Source: Stegostoma tigrinum | Lineage: Eukaryota | Length of the DNA: 64,000 bases | NCBI RefSeq assembly: GCF_030684315.1 | Contig: NC_081367.1 | Span: 60,327,414-60,391,413 of the forward strand | Direction: 5' to 3' | Shown: piece after piece, positions 12,601-22,481 of the stretch | How positions within the stretch are numbered: the first letter of the stretch is position 1 | Layout of the letters: each line of letters begins with the position of its first letter | Position numbers and translations under genes: made by a program | Notes under the pieces: generated by a model | The model's database searches: none | What the model was told of the DNA's origin: nothing | What the model saw: the letters and a program-made list of their open reading frames with translations, nothing else

Positions 12601-15600
12601 CGGACTGTATGTGGGAGATAGTGGCACAGTGGATCTATCATCGGATAAGTAATCCAAAAGACAAGGTTGTGGAGATTTCTTTTAAAATGCTACCATGACA
12701 GACAACAAAACTGGGTTTCAATAAAATCTGCAAGAAACATAGGCAGCAACCATGCTGAAAAATAGGGTGCGGCACGGTGCTCAGAGTTAGCACTCATGGC
12801 GGTAGGGCATCGGTGCTGATGACACCGTTGGTGACTGTGTGAAGTTCACACGTCCTCCCCGTGTCTGCGTGGGTTTACTTCGGTTGTTCTGCTGTCCTCC
12901 TACAGTGCAAAGATGTACAGCTTAGGTGGGCTGGTCATGCTACATTGGCCCATCTTGTCCAGATATGTTCAGGCTTGGTGGTAGGAATTGTAAATGCTGC
13001 GACAGGATGGAATGCTGTTCGGAGTGTCGGTGCCCACACCATGGCTCAAATGGCATCTATCTGCATTGTCGGGACGCTAAGATGCTAACGCTGATGTAAC
13101 TATGCAGTCAAATATTTCACACGTTACCATTGGAATTCCGAACGTTCCAACTGTCCTTGCGGCTGCTATGGAGGACGTGGATATATCGCAGCCAATAATG
13201 GCTGCGACATTGGAGGAACCTTTACATTCAGGATACTCAATTAGTTCTTGCTCTCCATTCACCAAAGCCAGCGCTACTTTCGACGCTATTGCAGAGATCG
13301 AACAGTCATCGTAGATCTCATATCCCAGAGTGATATTCGGAAGTAGAGTTTTACTCAGGTTTATTTCTTCAATAGCAAAAATCATGGTCTGCATCAAGCG
13401 AAAGCTTGAGATATCAAAGCTGCGAAGTAGATGTGAACATGCATATTTAATTAACGATCCAATTACACGGATTTAGATCACCGAGATCACTCAACCCCGC
13501 TGGGACGCTCACCTCAAATGAAAATTTCAATAGAAACGTAAATTCCGTGCAACTGATTGAGGTTGGAACTTGCGGTTTTCCAGAAAGTCCTTCTGGGGAA
13601 ACCATCATCACAATCCCGAGAGATCATATCAGTTGACAAAGTTGGGCGGATTATCTCCTACATGCCCATCTATAAATCTTGTTTCATGACCTGTTCCCAA
13701 CTATTGAAACGAATGTACGCTAGCGGAAGTGTCAAATCATTCCGGCACCCCAAACTCCTACCGGTTCCCAGGGCTGGCGATTGGCAAAGCCGCTGCAGAC
13801 GAACACCTCTCGTTACCTCGGCATTCTGTACGCATTAAGCGCGGTTTACATCCGACGCACTGGAATCTGTTTAAATCCCGGGCTTCACTAACACCCACGT
13901 CCCCAGCGTGAACAACTTCCAGCATCCCTTTATCTGTCAATCCCCAATCCACTCGCCAACCGACTTTCCCTCCTTGCCACATCCCTTTCCACTGATTGAC
14001 AAGTCTGAGAAGCAGCAATTAAATTGTTGAGTGAATGAATTCTCGCAGATACCTAGAGGCATACAATATATCTGGAAAACCGTAAGAACTCATGGAAACA
14101 GTTCGCAAACAACTATCAGTATCTTAGGAAACATAAAAATGTTTAACACACTTTTTAAAAAAATACACAAAATATAACAGATATAAATACTACCAAAAGA
14201 GGACGAGAACACGCTGTGATCTTTACCAACTTGGTTTTTTTCCAATGACCTCAAAGAAAACACAGCTCCATGAACTCTGCGTCCCAATACTTGCCCTTGA
14301 AAGTTCCTTCGAATATTACTGAGCGCTCTAAGAGGAAGTTCCAAGGCCGAACTAAGATGATAAGGTGAAGGTGTAGTTTTAAATACTTCCAACGGAGTAT
14401 GCCACTGCTTTGCTCCTGAACAGAAAGCGCATATCTATATAGGTAATGTTGATGGCTTGTTGGCCTTTAGTGATGTTTTTCCACATAAAATGAAACATTC
14501 TGTCTCTATCCGTTCTTTCAAAGTGTTTCATGGCATTAAAGACCTCTTTGAGGTCACCCTCAACTTACTTTTCCACGAAAAAAATAAACCACCCGGTCAA
14601 TCCCTTTTCTGACATATAAACCATCACTTCGTTCCGCATGAATTAGGTGGACCGGAAAGGTCTATTCCCGTGCTGTAAGACTCTTACGATTTCCAGCCTC
14701 ATGAGCAGCACTGCAGGTATCATACTGAGTGCAATCTAACCAATGTTCAATGCAGGTTTATCATCTTCCTGCGATTCATTTTTAAACCTCTTCATATGAA
14801 ACTTATTCTTTCTGTTGCTTTCGTAATCACAATCCAAACAAGTGACAATGCAGCATAAAAACCGGAAGAACTGCGGATGCTGTAAATTAGGAGCAAAAAC
14901 AAAGTTCCTGGAAAAGCTCTGCCGGTCTGGCAGCATTTATGAAGAGAAAACCTAACTTGTCATTGCAGTTTTTGGCTGGCCTGATTGTAATTCAAGATCG
15001 GCTTTCTGACCTCTACACAGGCACGCACGTGTAAAGTAATCAGTGGTCTCTGTTCTTCGTAGATAAATGTACAATTTCATACAATTTCTCTTCAATTTTA
15101 TTGCAGTTATTTGCCCGTTTTGCAAATTTGTTAATCCTCCCGCAATTTGTTGCAATCTTTTCGATATTCAAAATCTCCAACCCCCGCTCCACCTCCCCCA
15201 GCCCCGCCGCACAAGGTTTCTCTCATCCCCAGCTTTAGCAATTGTGCTTTGGATTCTGTCCAAATCATAACACGTTTGCTGAGTATTGCTCAGATTTCAC
15301 TTGGTGGGAAACGCGGAATATTTTTTAACGGGTGACAATAAGACTGCCACTGACAAACACAGTATTTGAAATTAATACCTACATCGTTCCTTTCAGTGAA
15401 CTTGCGATACATTGCATGTGGTGTTCCGATTCCTTTAGAAGATTCTGACATATTATTATTACACAGTGCAGTGACAAAAGGAAAGTTAATCAAAAGTTTT
15501 ATGCCGTTACAATTAACTATTGTTTCCTTGAACAGATACACAGAATGCCAGAGTAACTCAGCAGCTCTGGCAGCATCTGTATACAGAGAAATTGAATCAA

Positions 15601-16274
15601 CTTTTCGAGTCATATATGGCTTGTCTTGACAATAGTTTATGTCGTTTCCTCGTGTGTAAAATTAAAGTGAAATTCGACAGGGCAGAGTCATGTAGATAGC
15701 TAACAATGGTCATTTTCTTGCAGATGTTGTTATCCCATTCAAGTATGAGAACATAACTATGTTCAGAACAAAGACAAAACTATTCAAATACTGCAATTTA
15801 TTCAGAAACCGACGCGGGACCCGTGGTTGCGTGAAATCAGTATTTCTTTATTGTTTACTTCTCTGCCCAAAAATGTGCAGGTTTGATTGTTCGGCCATGT
15901 TACATTGCCCATACTGACTAGGGATTTGCACTTTGGGTGCGTTAGTCATGGTAAATGCGGTGTTACTGAGTGGAGGTGAGGGTCTGGATCTGGGTGGGAT
16001 GCTCTTCAGAGAGGTCGAAAAAAACTCTTTCCGCGCTGTAGGGATTCTATGTTTGTTTAACCTACCTTTCGCAGTACATGTCTGATGGAATAACGGCAAA
16101 CGAAGGAACATCATGAATCACGTCTAAATGTGCTGAAAATATCCCGCCTAAGATAATATCACCATCTTCAGACAAGTTTGGCAAGTCATCTTTTGCTCGA
16201 GGCTTGCAGACCATTCCAAACGATTGCCGCGTAGGCACAGCAGCTAGCAATAGGAATATCAGATATAAAGTCAT
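5742..16274 (-). CDS. V2R/OlfC-family (CaSR-like) class C GPCR, paralogue A, 6 coding exons, 864 aa: complement(join(5742..6649,6735..6858,10368..10595,11406..12239,13128..13419,16066..16274))
   Basis: Has a signal peptide plus [16 protein letters not shown]...[21 protein letters not shown]...[20 protein letters not shown], the nine-Cys domain (GQPICCFDC) and a 7TM domain ([29 protein letters not shown]). All introns are GT-AG and the phases are consistent. Total 2595 nt. Confidence 0.95.
6735..6858 (-). CDS. Paralogue A exon 5 (nine-cysteine domain)
   Basis: 124 nt, tttag|ATT...ACGG|gtacgt. Encodes [41 protein letters not shown]. Confidence 0.93.
7790..8390. repeat. CpG-rich interspersed element with recurrent CGATCTC motifs. 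A paralogous copy is at about 23720-24340.
   Basis: The copies share tacaggagta(t/c)ag and tacaaag(t/c)agaaaaacaa. There is a 21-nt tandem repeat at 8236-8277. Confidence 0.6.
8392..9527 (+). mobile_element. CR1-type LINE, 5'-truncated (RT C-terminus and 3'UTR), in gene A intron 4
   Basis: Remnants of [14 protein letters not shown]...LEYCIQF and a gccgaagggt...tctatgttctat tail. Confidence 0.85.
10368..10595 (-). CDS. Paralogue A exon 4
   Basis: 228 nt, tttag|CTG...CAG|gtattt. Encodes [10 protein letters not shown]...[15 protein letters not shown]...WSSTGKQ. Confidence 0.93.
11406..12239 (-). CDS. Paralogue A exon 3 (Venus flytrap domain)
   Basis: 834 nt, ctgcag|GTC...CAG|gtagga. Encodes VSYFSTC...FEPWQ, within ORF 11355..12275. 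Confidence 0.94.
12765..13065 (+). mobile_element. HE1/V-SINE in intron 2 of A. Copies at the same position occur in B (about 32366-32630) and D (about 59335-59585).
   Basis: Has the ggcacggtg(g)ctcag...ttagcac head and the V-domain ccccgtgtctgcgtgggttt. Confidence 0.8.
13128..13419 (-). CDS. Paralogue A exon 2
   Basis: 292 nt, cgcag|CTTT...ATG|gtaacg. Encodes [20 protein letters not shown]...FGIPM. Confidence 0.93.
15866..16052 (+). mobile_element. 3' half of an HE1/V-SINE next to the exon 1 donor. Also present in B (about 35315-35458) and C (about 50578-50765), absent from D.
   Basis: atgtgcaggt...ggccatgt..attgccc...tgtagggattctatg. Confidence 0.75.
16066..16274 (-). CDS. Paralogue A exon 1 (signal peptide)
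   Basis: 209 nt, ATG...GAAAG|gtagg. Encodes [14 protein letters not shown]...GDIILGGIF...YCE. Confidence 0.92.
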
Positions 16275-16740
16275 CGCTTTCTTGCAAGGAATTTACCACT
16301 CGGTTAAATGGAATAAGAAAGAACGTGGGATTATATAGCATCTGTCGCGACCTAAGGACATCCCACAGTGCCTCACAGCAATGAATCACGTGAAATCAGA
16401 TGAAGTGGATTAAGTCTCTGAGACACTGCGCAATTAAATTGTTTGCGGGACACCTTCATTGATTCAGGTAATCATAATTAATGGATCGCTATTTCTGCAG
16501 AGAGAAATGATCATGAAATAAATGTGAAATAAATATCAGTGATGTTTAAAACCACATTTTCTTTTCAGGCAACAAGAATGTAAGAATGCTTAATCCTGCA
16601 AATGATCATCACGAAAAAAATGTAAGACAGTCATCCCAGCGAATCTGATCATCTCTGATCTGATAATCCTCAATTCTAATCTCCTTCGCTTTTTCACTAA
16701 ACCCTTCATTCACTGAATAATTAAACATCTATCTCGTATA
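16275..16740 (-). promoter_or_regulatory. Putative proximal promoter of A: TATATAA at 16331-16337, TAATTA at 16475-16480
   Basis: The block is conserved upstream of all four exon 1 copies. Confidence 0.6.
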
Positions 16741-16744
16741 CTCG

Positions 16745-17962
16745 AACATATTTAGGGAAAACACAAAGGCATTTTACACTTATGTGAGGAATAAGAGAAT
16801 GGTCAAAGAAAGTTTAGGGTCGATCAGGGATAGCATAGGAAACTTGTGTGTGGAGTCTGAGGTGGTAGGGGAAGCCCTAAATGAGTTTTTTGCTTCTGTC
16901 TTTACGAAAGAAACGAACTTTGTAGTGAGTGAAACCTTTGAAGAGCAGGTGTGCATGCTGGAATGGATAGAGATAGAGGAAGCTGATGTGCTGAAAATTT
17001 TGTCAAACATTAAGATTGACAAGTCGCCAGGCCCGGACCAGATTTGTCCTCGGCTGCTTTGGGAAGCGCGAAATGCAATTGCTTCGCCACTTGCGAGGAT
17101 CTTTGCATCCTCGCTCTCCACTGGAGTTGTACCTGAGGACTGGAGAGAGGCGAATGTAATTCCTCTCTTCAAGAAAGGAAATAGGGAAATCCCCGGCAAT
17201 TACAGACCAGTAAGTCTCACGTCTGTCGTCTGCAAGGTGTTAGAAAGCATTCTGAGGGATAGGATTTATGACCATCTGGAAGAGCATGGCTTGATCAAAT
17301 ACAGTCAACACGGCTTTGTGAGGGGTTGGTCATGCCTCACAAACCTTATCGAGTTTTTTGGGGATGTGACTAGAAAAGTTGATGAGGGTCGAACTGTGGA
17401 TGTGGTGTATATGGACTTCAGTAAGGCATTTGATAAGGTTCCCCATGGTAGGCTCATTCAGAAGGTCAGGAGGAATGGGATACAGGGGAACTTAGCTGCC
17501 TGGATGCAGAATTGGCTGGCCAACAGAAGACAGTGAGTGGTAGTAGAAGGAAAATATTCTGCCTGGAAGTCAGTGGTGAGTGGTGTTCCACAGGGCTCTG
17601 TCCTTGGGACTCTACTGTTTGTAATTTTTATTAATGACTTCGATGAGGGGATTGAAGGATGGGTCAGCAAATTTGCAGACGACACAAAGGTTGGAGGTGT
17701 CGTTGACAGTATAGAGGCCTGTTGTAGGCTGCAGCGGGACATTGACAGGATGCAGAGATGGGCTGAGAGGTGGCAGATGGAGTTCAACCTGGATAAATGC
17801 CAGGTGATGCATTTTGGAAGGTCAAATTTGAAAGCTGAGTACAGGATTAAGGATAGGATTCTTGGCAGTGTAGAGGAACAGAGGGATCTTGGTGTGCAGA
17901 TACATAGATCCCTTCAAACGGCCACCCAAGTGGACAGGGTTGTTCAGAAAGCATATGGTGTG
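16745..17962 (+). mobile_element. Young CR1-type LINE RT fragment, open apart from one TGA at 17534-17536
   Basis: Encodes KSPGPD, PGNYRPVSLTS, QHGF, YMDFSKAFDKVPH, GVPQGSVLG and KFADD (ORFs 16784..17536 and 17537..18085). Confidence 0.95.
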
Positions 17963-18159
17963 AACTCGTGGCAGTCAACAAGTGTGGACAAAACTGGAAC
18001 AAAAATCTCGAGTAATAAACTCCTCAACATCTTAATGATCAACGTAACCAGACTAATAATTTCTCAAAATTGTTACCTTGATTAACTTATCGTGCTTTGT
18101 TTTTGAAAGCAAAACAAAAATGCAATGCTCGTAGGTTTTTAATGGCATCCACTAAAGTT

Positions 18160-19370
18160 ATAGAGCCATGGAGATATTCAGGGCAGAAATGGACCCTTCG
18201 ATCCAACACTTCTATGCAGACCAAATATCCAAAGTAAGCCTAGTCCCATTTGCCAGCATTTGGCCCAAATCCCTCAAAACCTTACCTGTTCATTAACCCG
18301 TCTGGGCGCCTTTTAAATATTGCAATTGTACCAATCTCCACCACTTCTTCTGGCAGCTCATTCCACGCACACACCACCATCTGCTTGGGAATGTTGCCAC
18401 TTTGGTCCCTTTTAAATCTATCCCCTGTCGCCTGAAATCAGTACACTCTAGTTTTGGACTCCCTCACCTGGGGGAAAAGACCTTGTCTATTTACTTTATC
18501 CATGCCCCTCATGGTTTTACAAACCTCGATAAGGTCACACCTCAGCCTCCAATGTCCTAGGGAAAATAGCTCCAGTGTATTCAGCCCCTCCCTATTGGTC
18601 AAACCCTCTAACCCTGGCAACATATTGTAAATCTTTTCTGAACCATTTCGAGTTTCACAACATCATTCCTGTAGCAGGGAAATCTGAATTGGACACAATG
18701 TTTAAAAAGTGGCCTAACCAATATCTTTCGCAGCAGCGAACAGGACATCGCAATTTGCATATGCAATGCGCTAACCAATAAAGGCAAATATACCAAATGC
18801 TTTCTTCACTATCCTATCTACCGGCAACTTCACTTTCCAGGAACTATGAACCTGCATTCCAAGACCTCTTTGTTCAGCAACACTCTCCTGGACCTTACCA
18901 TTAATTGTATATGTCCTGCCCTGATTTGCCTTTCAAAAATGCATCACCCCGAGTTCATCTAAATTGAACTCTATCTGCCACTACTTGGCCCATTGGCCTG
19001 TCTGATAAATATCCCATAGTAATCTGAGGTAACCTTCTTCGCTGTCCACCACACTTCAAATTTTGATGTCATCTGCAAACTTACTAACCATGCCTCCTAT
19101 AATCATGTCCAAATTATTCATATAAATATTGAAAAGCAATTGAACCAGCATCGAATGTTGTGGCACTGGTCACAGGTCTCCAGCATGAAAATCGACCCTC
19201 CACCACCACCTTCTGTCTTCTACCTTCGAACCAGTATTTTACTCAAATACCTTGTTCTCCCTCTGTTCCCTGAAATCCAACCTTGCTAATCAATCTGCCA
19301 TGAGGAATCTTGTCAAACACCTTACTGAAGTCCATATAGATCACGTCCACCACTCTGCCCTCACGAATTC
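18160..19370 (-). mobile_element. CR1-type LINE 3' part, degenerate
   Basis: Encodes MLPGLEGL...LELFSL...LRCDLIEV and LVRPLFKHCVQF on the minus strand. Confidence 0.85.
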
Positions 19371-19384
19371 CCTTTCTGGGGAAT

Positions 19385-20500
19385 ATAACTGTGCAATATT
19401 GGAACAAAAGCAGAAATTGGTGGAGAAATTCATCAGCCTGACAACATCTGTGTGAGAAAAGTAGGCTTAAAGTTTTGAGTCTGTTGATTATTCATCAAAC
19501 TATTAGTAAATACGAAAAACAGCTTTCTATGCTGGAGCCAATACGTGAGAAGGGGGCAAAGGGTGGAGAGGGGATTGCTGGGCAGCTAGGTGAAAACAGA
19601 GCCCAGAGAAAAAGAGATATGGAAGGAATGTTTTGCTAAGATAAGGGATAGCAGACCAGGACAGAAGAAAAACTGAATAAGTGATACTAAGAACTAAGAG
19701 TGGGAAAGTAGGTACTCGTTTCAGCATACATAGTGTGATAATAAGCCAGAAGGTAGTGAGAATGAATGACTGTGATAAAAAGCAACACATGTCAAAACTG
19801 GGCCCGATGTGCATTTTATACTGAACATGGAAAGATCTGAACAGGCTCGAAAGTTATTGAACCCAATGTGAGGCCCAGAGGCTGTAGGGAATCCCACAAC
19901 CTAAAATATGAGATGTTTTTCTTCAAACTTGAACTCAAGCACTCTGGTACACAGCAGCAGGCCTGCCACTGTGTGTTGGTGTGGTAACATGTTGCATTGA
20001 CGTGGCAGAGTTATTAGTATAGACAGAGCAGAGGTGCTCTGTAGATTGATCGCCCAGTCTTTGGTTTGATTCCACAAAGTGGAGAAGGCCACACTGTGAA
20101 CAGCAAATACTGTAGACTAGATTGAATGAAGTACATATGAATCACTGCTTCATCTGGAAGATTTGTCTCGAGCCTTGGATAGTGAGCAGAGGGTGAAGGC
20201 CAAAATGTGGAGGTGGACAGAGCATGTCTCAAGGTCCTTTTGCTCTTGGTGATGAGAATGTTCAATTAAGGATGCAAGTGGACATTTCTGAGGCTGCTTT
20301 GTAGAAAGTAGCATAATCGGAATGTATGAGATTGAGAAGCTGTGAGAATGAGATTGCCACTTCAACACAATAATGTGTTCCCAACCAAACATCTCTGTCA
20401 CACGCCTGCTGCAGTCCTCAAGTGATCCTCAGCGCACGCTTGCAATATCTGCTTGAAGACCCTGGAGACTCCAGGACTCGACATTGAGTTCAAGAATTTT
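19385..20500 (-). mobile_element. Old Penelope-like element remnant
   Basis: Has a terminal-repeat-like start (aaaagcagaaattggtggagaaattcatcagcctgacaacatctgtg) and a ...KFEEKHLIF remnant like the C-terminus of other PLE copies. Confidence 0.55.
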
Positions 20501-21092
20501 AGAACCTGATTCCATCTTTCCGTGATTGGCGTCCAACCCCCAGCGGGTCCTGTTATGAAATGGCTTGATTTTATCAGTCACCCATTCTCACTTACTTGTA
20601 AGCCACGATCACATAAAATGTGTGCATTCAGTAAAGCCCGTCCATTTTCTCACTCTACGTTCTTTTAAATCTTTTATTCAACTTTTCTTCTGTCCTGGCC
20701 TGTTACCCATTACCTTATCTTTTTTCACCGACCCCTGTCATATGTCTCTGCCTTGGATCAGTCTCCATCTGTAGGGTCACCACGTCTCCGCACCACCTAC
20801 ACCTCCCCCTCCACGGCCCCCGTCACCCCAGTCCCATACTCGATACTTTTAATCTGCTTTCTTCCCACAGAGACTGCCAGTCCTGCTAAGTTTCTGCAGG
20901 ATTTTCTGTTTCTGTTTCAGATCTCCAGCTACCGCTGTTCTTTGTTTTATTGAAGAATAACAGGCTCCGTTTTACGCGGAGAATGTGCAAATCACAAATG
21001 AGCAGAATGAGAAAAATATTGCCCCCGCCAAAGGCCGAAAGGATAGCAATAACCCAAAGGGAACGGATCGAAAGTTAACTGCGTGAAAATGC

Positions 21093-21282
21093 AACAAAAC
21101 AACAGAAATTTCTGGAAAACCTGAGAAGGTACTGCACCATCTGTGGAGGAATGTCAGCGATAACGTTTCGGATCGGAAGAGCGCTGAACAAGGGTCACTA
21201 GACCTAAATCGGTAACTCTGACTTCTGCCGGCCGATGCTGCCAGACCTGTTGAGTTGTTAAAACAATTTCTGGTTGGGTTTC
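21093..21282. mobile_element. Palindromic (inverted) PLE terminal-repeat derivative in the 3' flank of B
   Basis: The arms cagaaatttctggaaaacctgagaagg... and ...ccagacctgttgagttgttaaaacaatttctg surround a degenerate hammerhead centre. Confidence 0.6.
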
Positions 21283-21573
21283 TGCAAATCTTCGGCTTGT
21301 GTTTAATTAATACCAGTGTAAGTGGTGCATGGAATTCATATCCAGACCAGCGTAATACGTCAGCGCCACTGAGTTCCAATACACACAACAAAATACCCTT
21401 CAAGAATAATAAGAAACAATGCAAAATCGAAGCAAACTGATTTTTATTTATACGACAAATACACTTATGTAGCGAAAGTGAATGCAAATTGTTTACTCAG
21501 CAAGAGGTATTAATGTTGGAACAACGGCCTCCACATTGAAAACTTTGCGGGCAGAAATAGAGGAAGTTGAGAA

Positions 21574-22481
21574 CTACAGTGAAGTCCATTTGCCCATCAT
21601 GTTTTTCTTCGTGTTATTCTCCGGTTTCAGTAAGATAATATAACACTTCGGAGCAAAAATGCAGACAAGCAAACCAAAGCTTGACGCCCAAATAGCAAAC
21701 GCCTCTACAGCCACCGTGTACTTTCCAGGGGAGCTGACATAAGCCGGAATAAAAGTGATCCAAACAGCACAGAAGATCAGCATACTGAAAGTTATATACT
21801 TCGCGTCGTTGAAATTATCAGGAAGTTTCCGGGCAAGAAAAGCCAGGAGGAAGCATATAGTGGACAGAAGACCAATATAGCTGGACACAAAATAAAAGGC
21901 TTTTAAAGAGCCCACGTCACATTCCAAAATTATGATATCTCTATAATAGGTCGTGTTTTTCACTGGATAGGGAGGTGATACAATGAGCCAGATCGTGCAA
22001 ATTGACCCTTGAAGAAATGTGAGGCCAAACACTCCTAACCGTTGCTGCATCGGTCCGAACCAATTCATCAAATTGTTGTTGGGAAGAGTTGCTTTAAAAG
22101 CGATCACAACAAGAATGGTTTTCCCCAAAATACAGGAAATACACAGAACAAATACAATTCCAAACGCAGTCCGCCGAAACATGCAGGACCATCTGGTCGG
22201 TTTCCCAATGAAGGTGAGTGAGCACAGGAAGCAAAGCGTTAGCGCAAAGAGAAGGAGAAAGCTCAGCTCCGAATTGTTCGCTCGAACGATAGGGGTTTCC
22301 CGATACCGGAAGAACGCAGCGACTGTACCCAGTGCAAGACACGCTCCCACTGCAGCCAGTGCTACTAAGACGAAGCCCAGAACCTCTTGGAAGGATAGAA
22401 ATTCAATCTTTTTGGGAATGCACCGATCCTTTTGCTGGTTCGACCAGTAATCCAAAGGACACTTGATACAATCAGGGGAAT
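21574..22481 (-). CDS. Paralogue B exon 6 (7TM)
   Basis: 908 nt, tttcag|ATTCCC. Matches ORF 21574..22455. Confidence 0.95.

Noticed and set aside
12765-12840. tRNA-like sequence (also about 32366, 59167 and 59335)
   Set aside because: These are degenerate SINE heads that run into SINE bodies, with no complete cloverleaf.
5742-16274. Assigning the symbol CASR or a specific olfC/vmn2r orthologue name
   Set aside because: The short C-tail and tandem multicopy layout indicate V2R/OlfC rather than true CaSR. Orthology needs a phylogeny.
16784-18085. RT ORFs as an active or domesticated reverse transcriptase gene, or as programmed readthrough
   Set aside because: The fragment is truncated at both ends, lacks the endonuclease, and the stop fits ordinary CpG decay.
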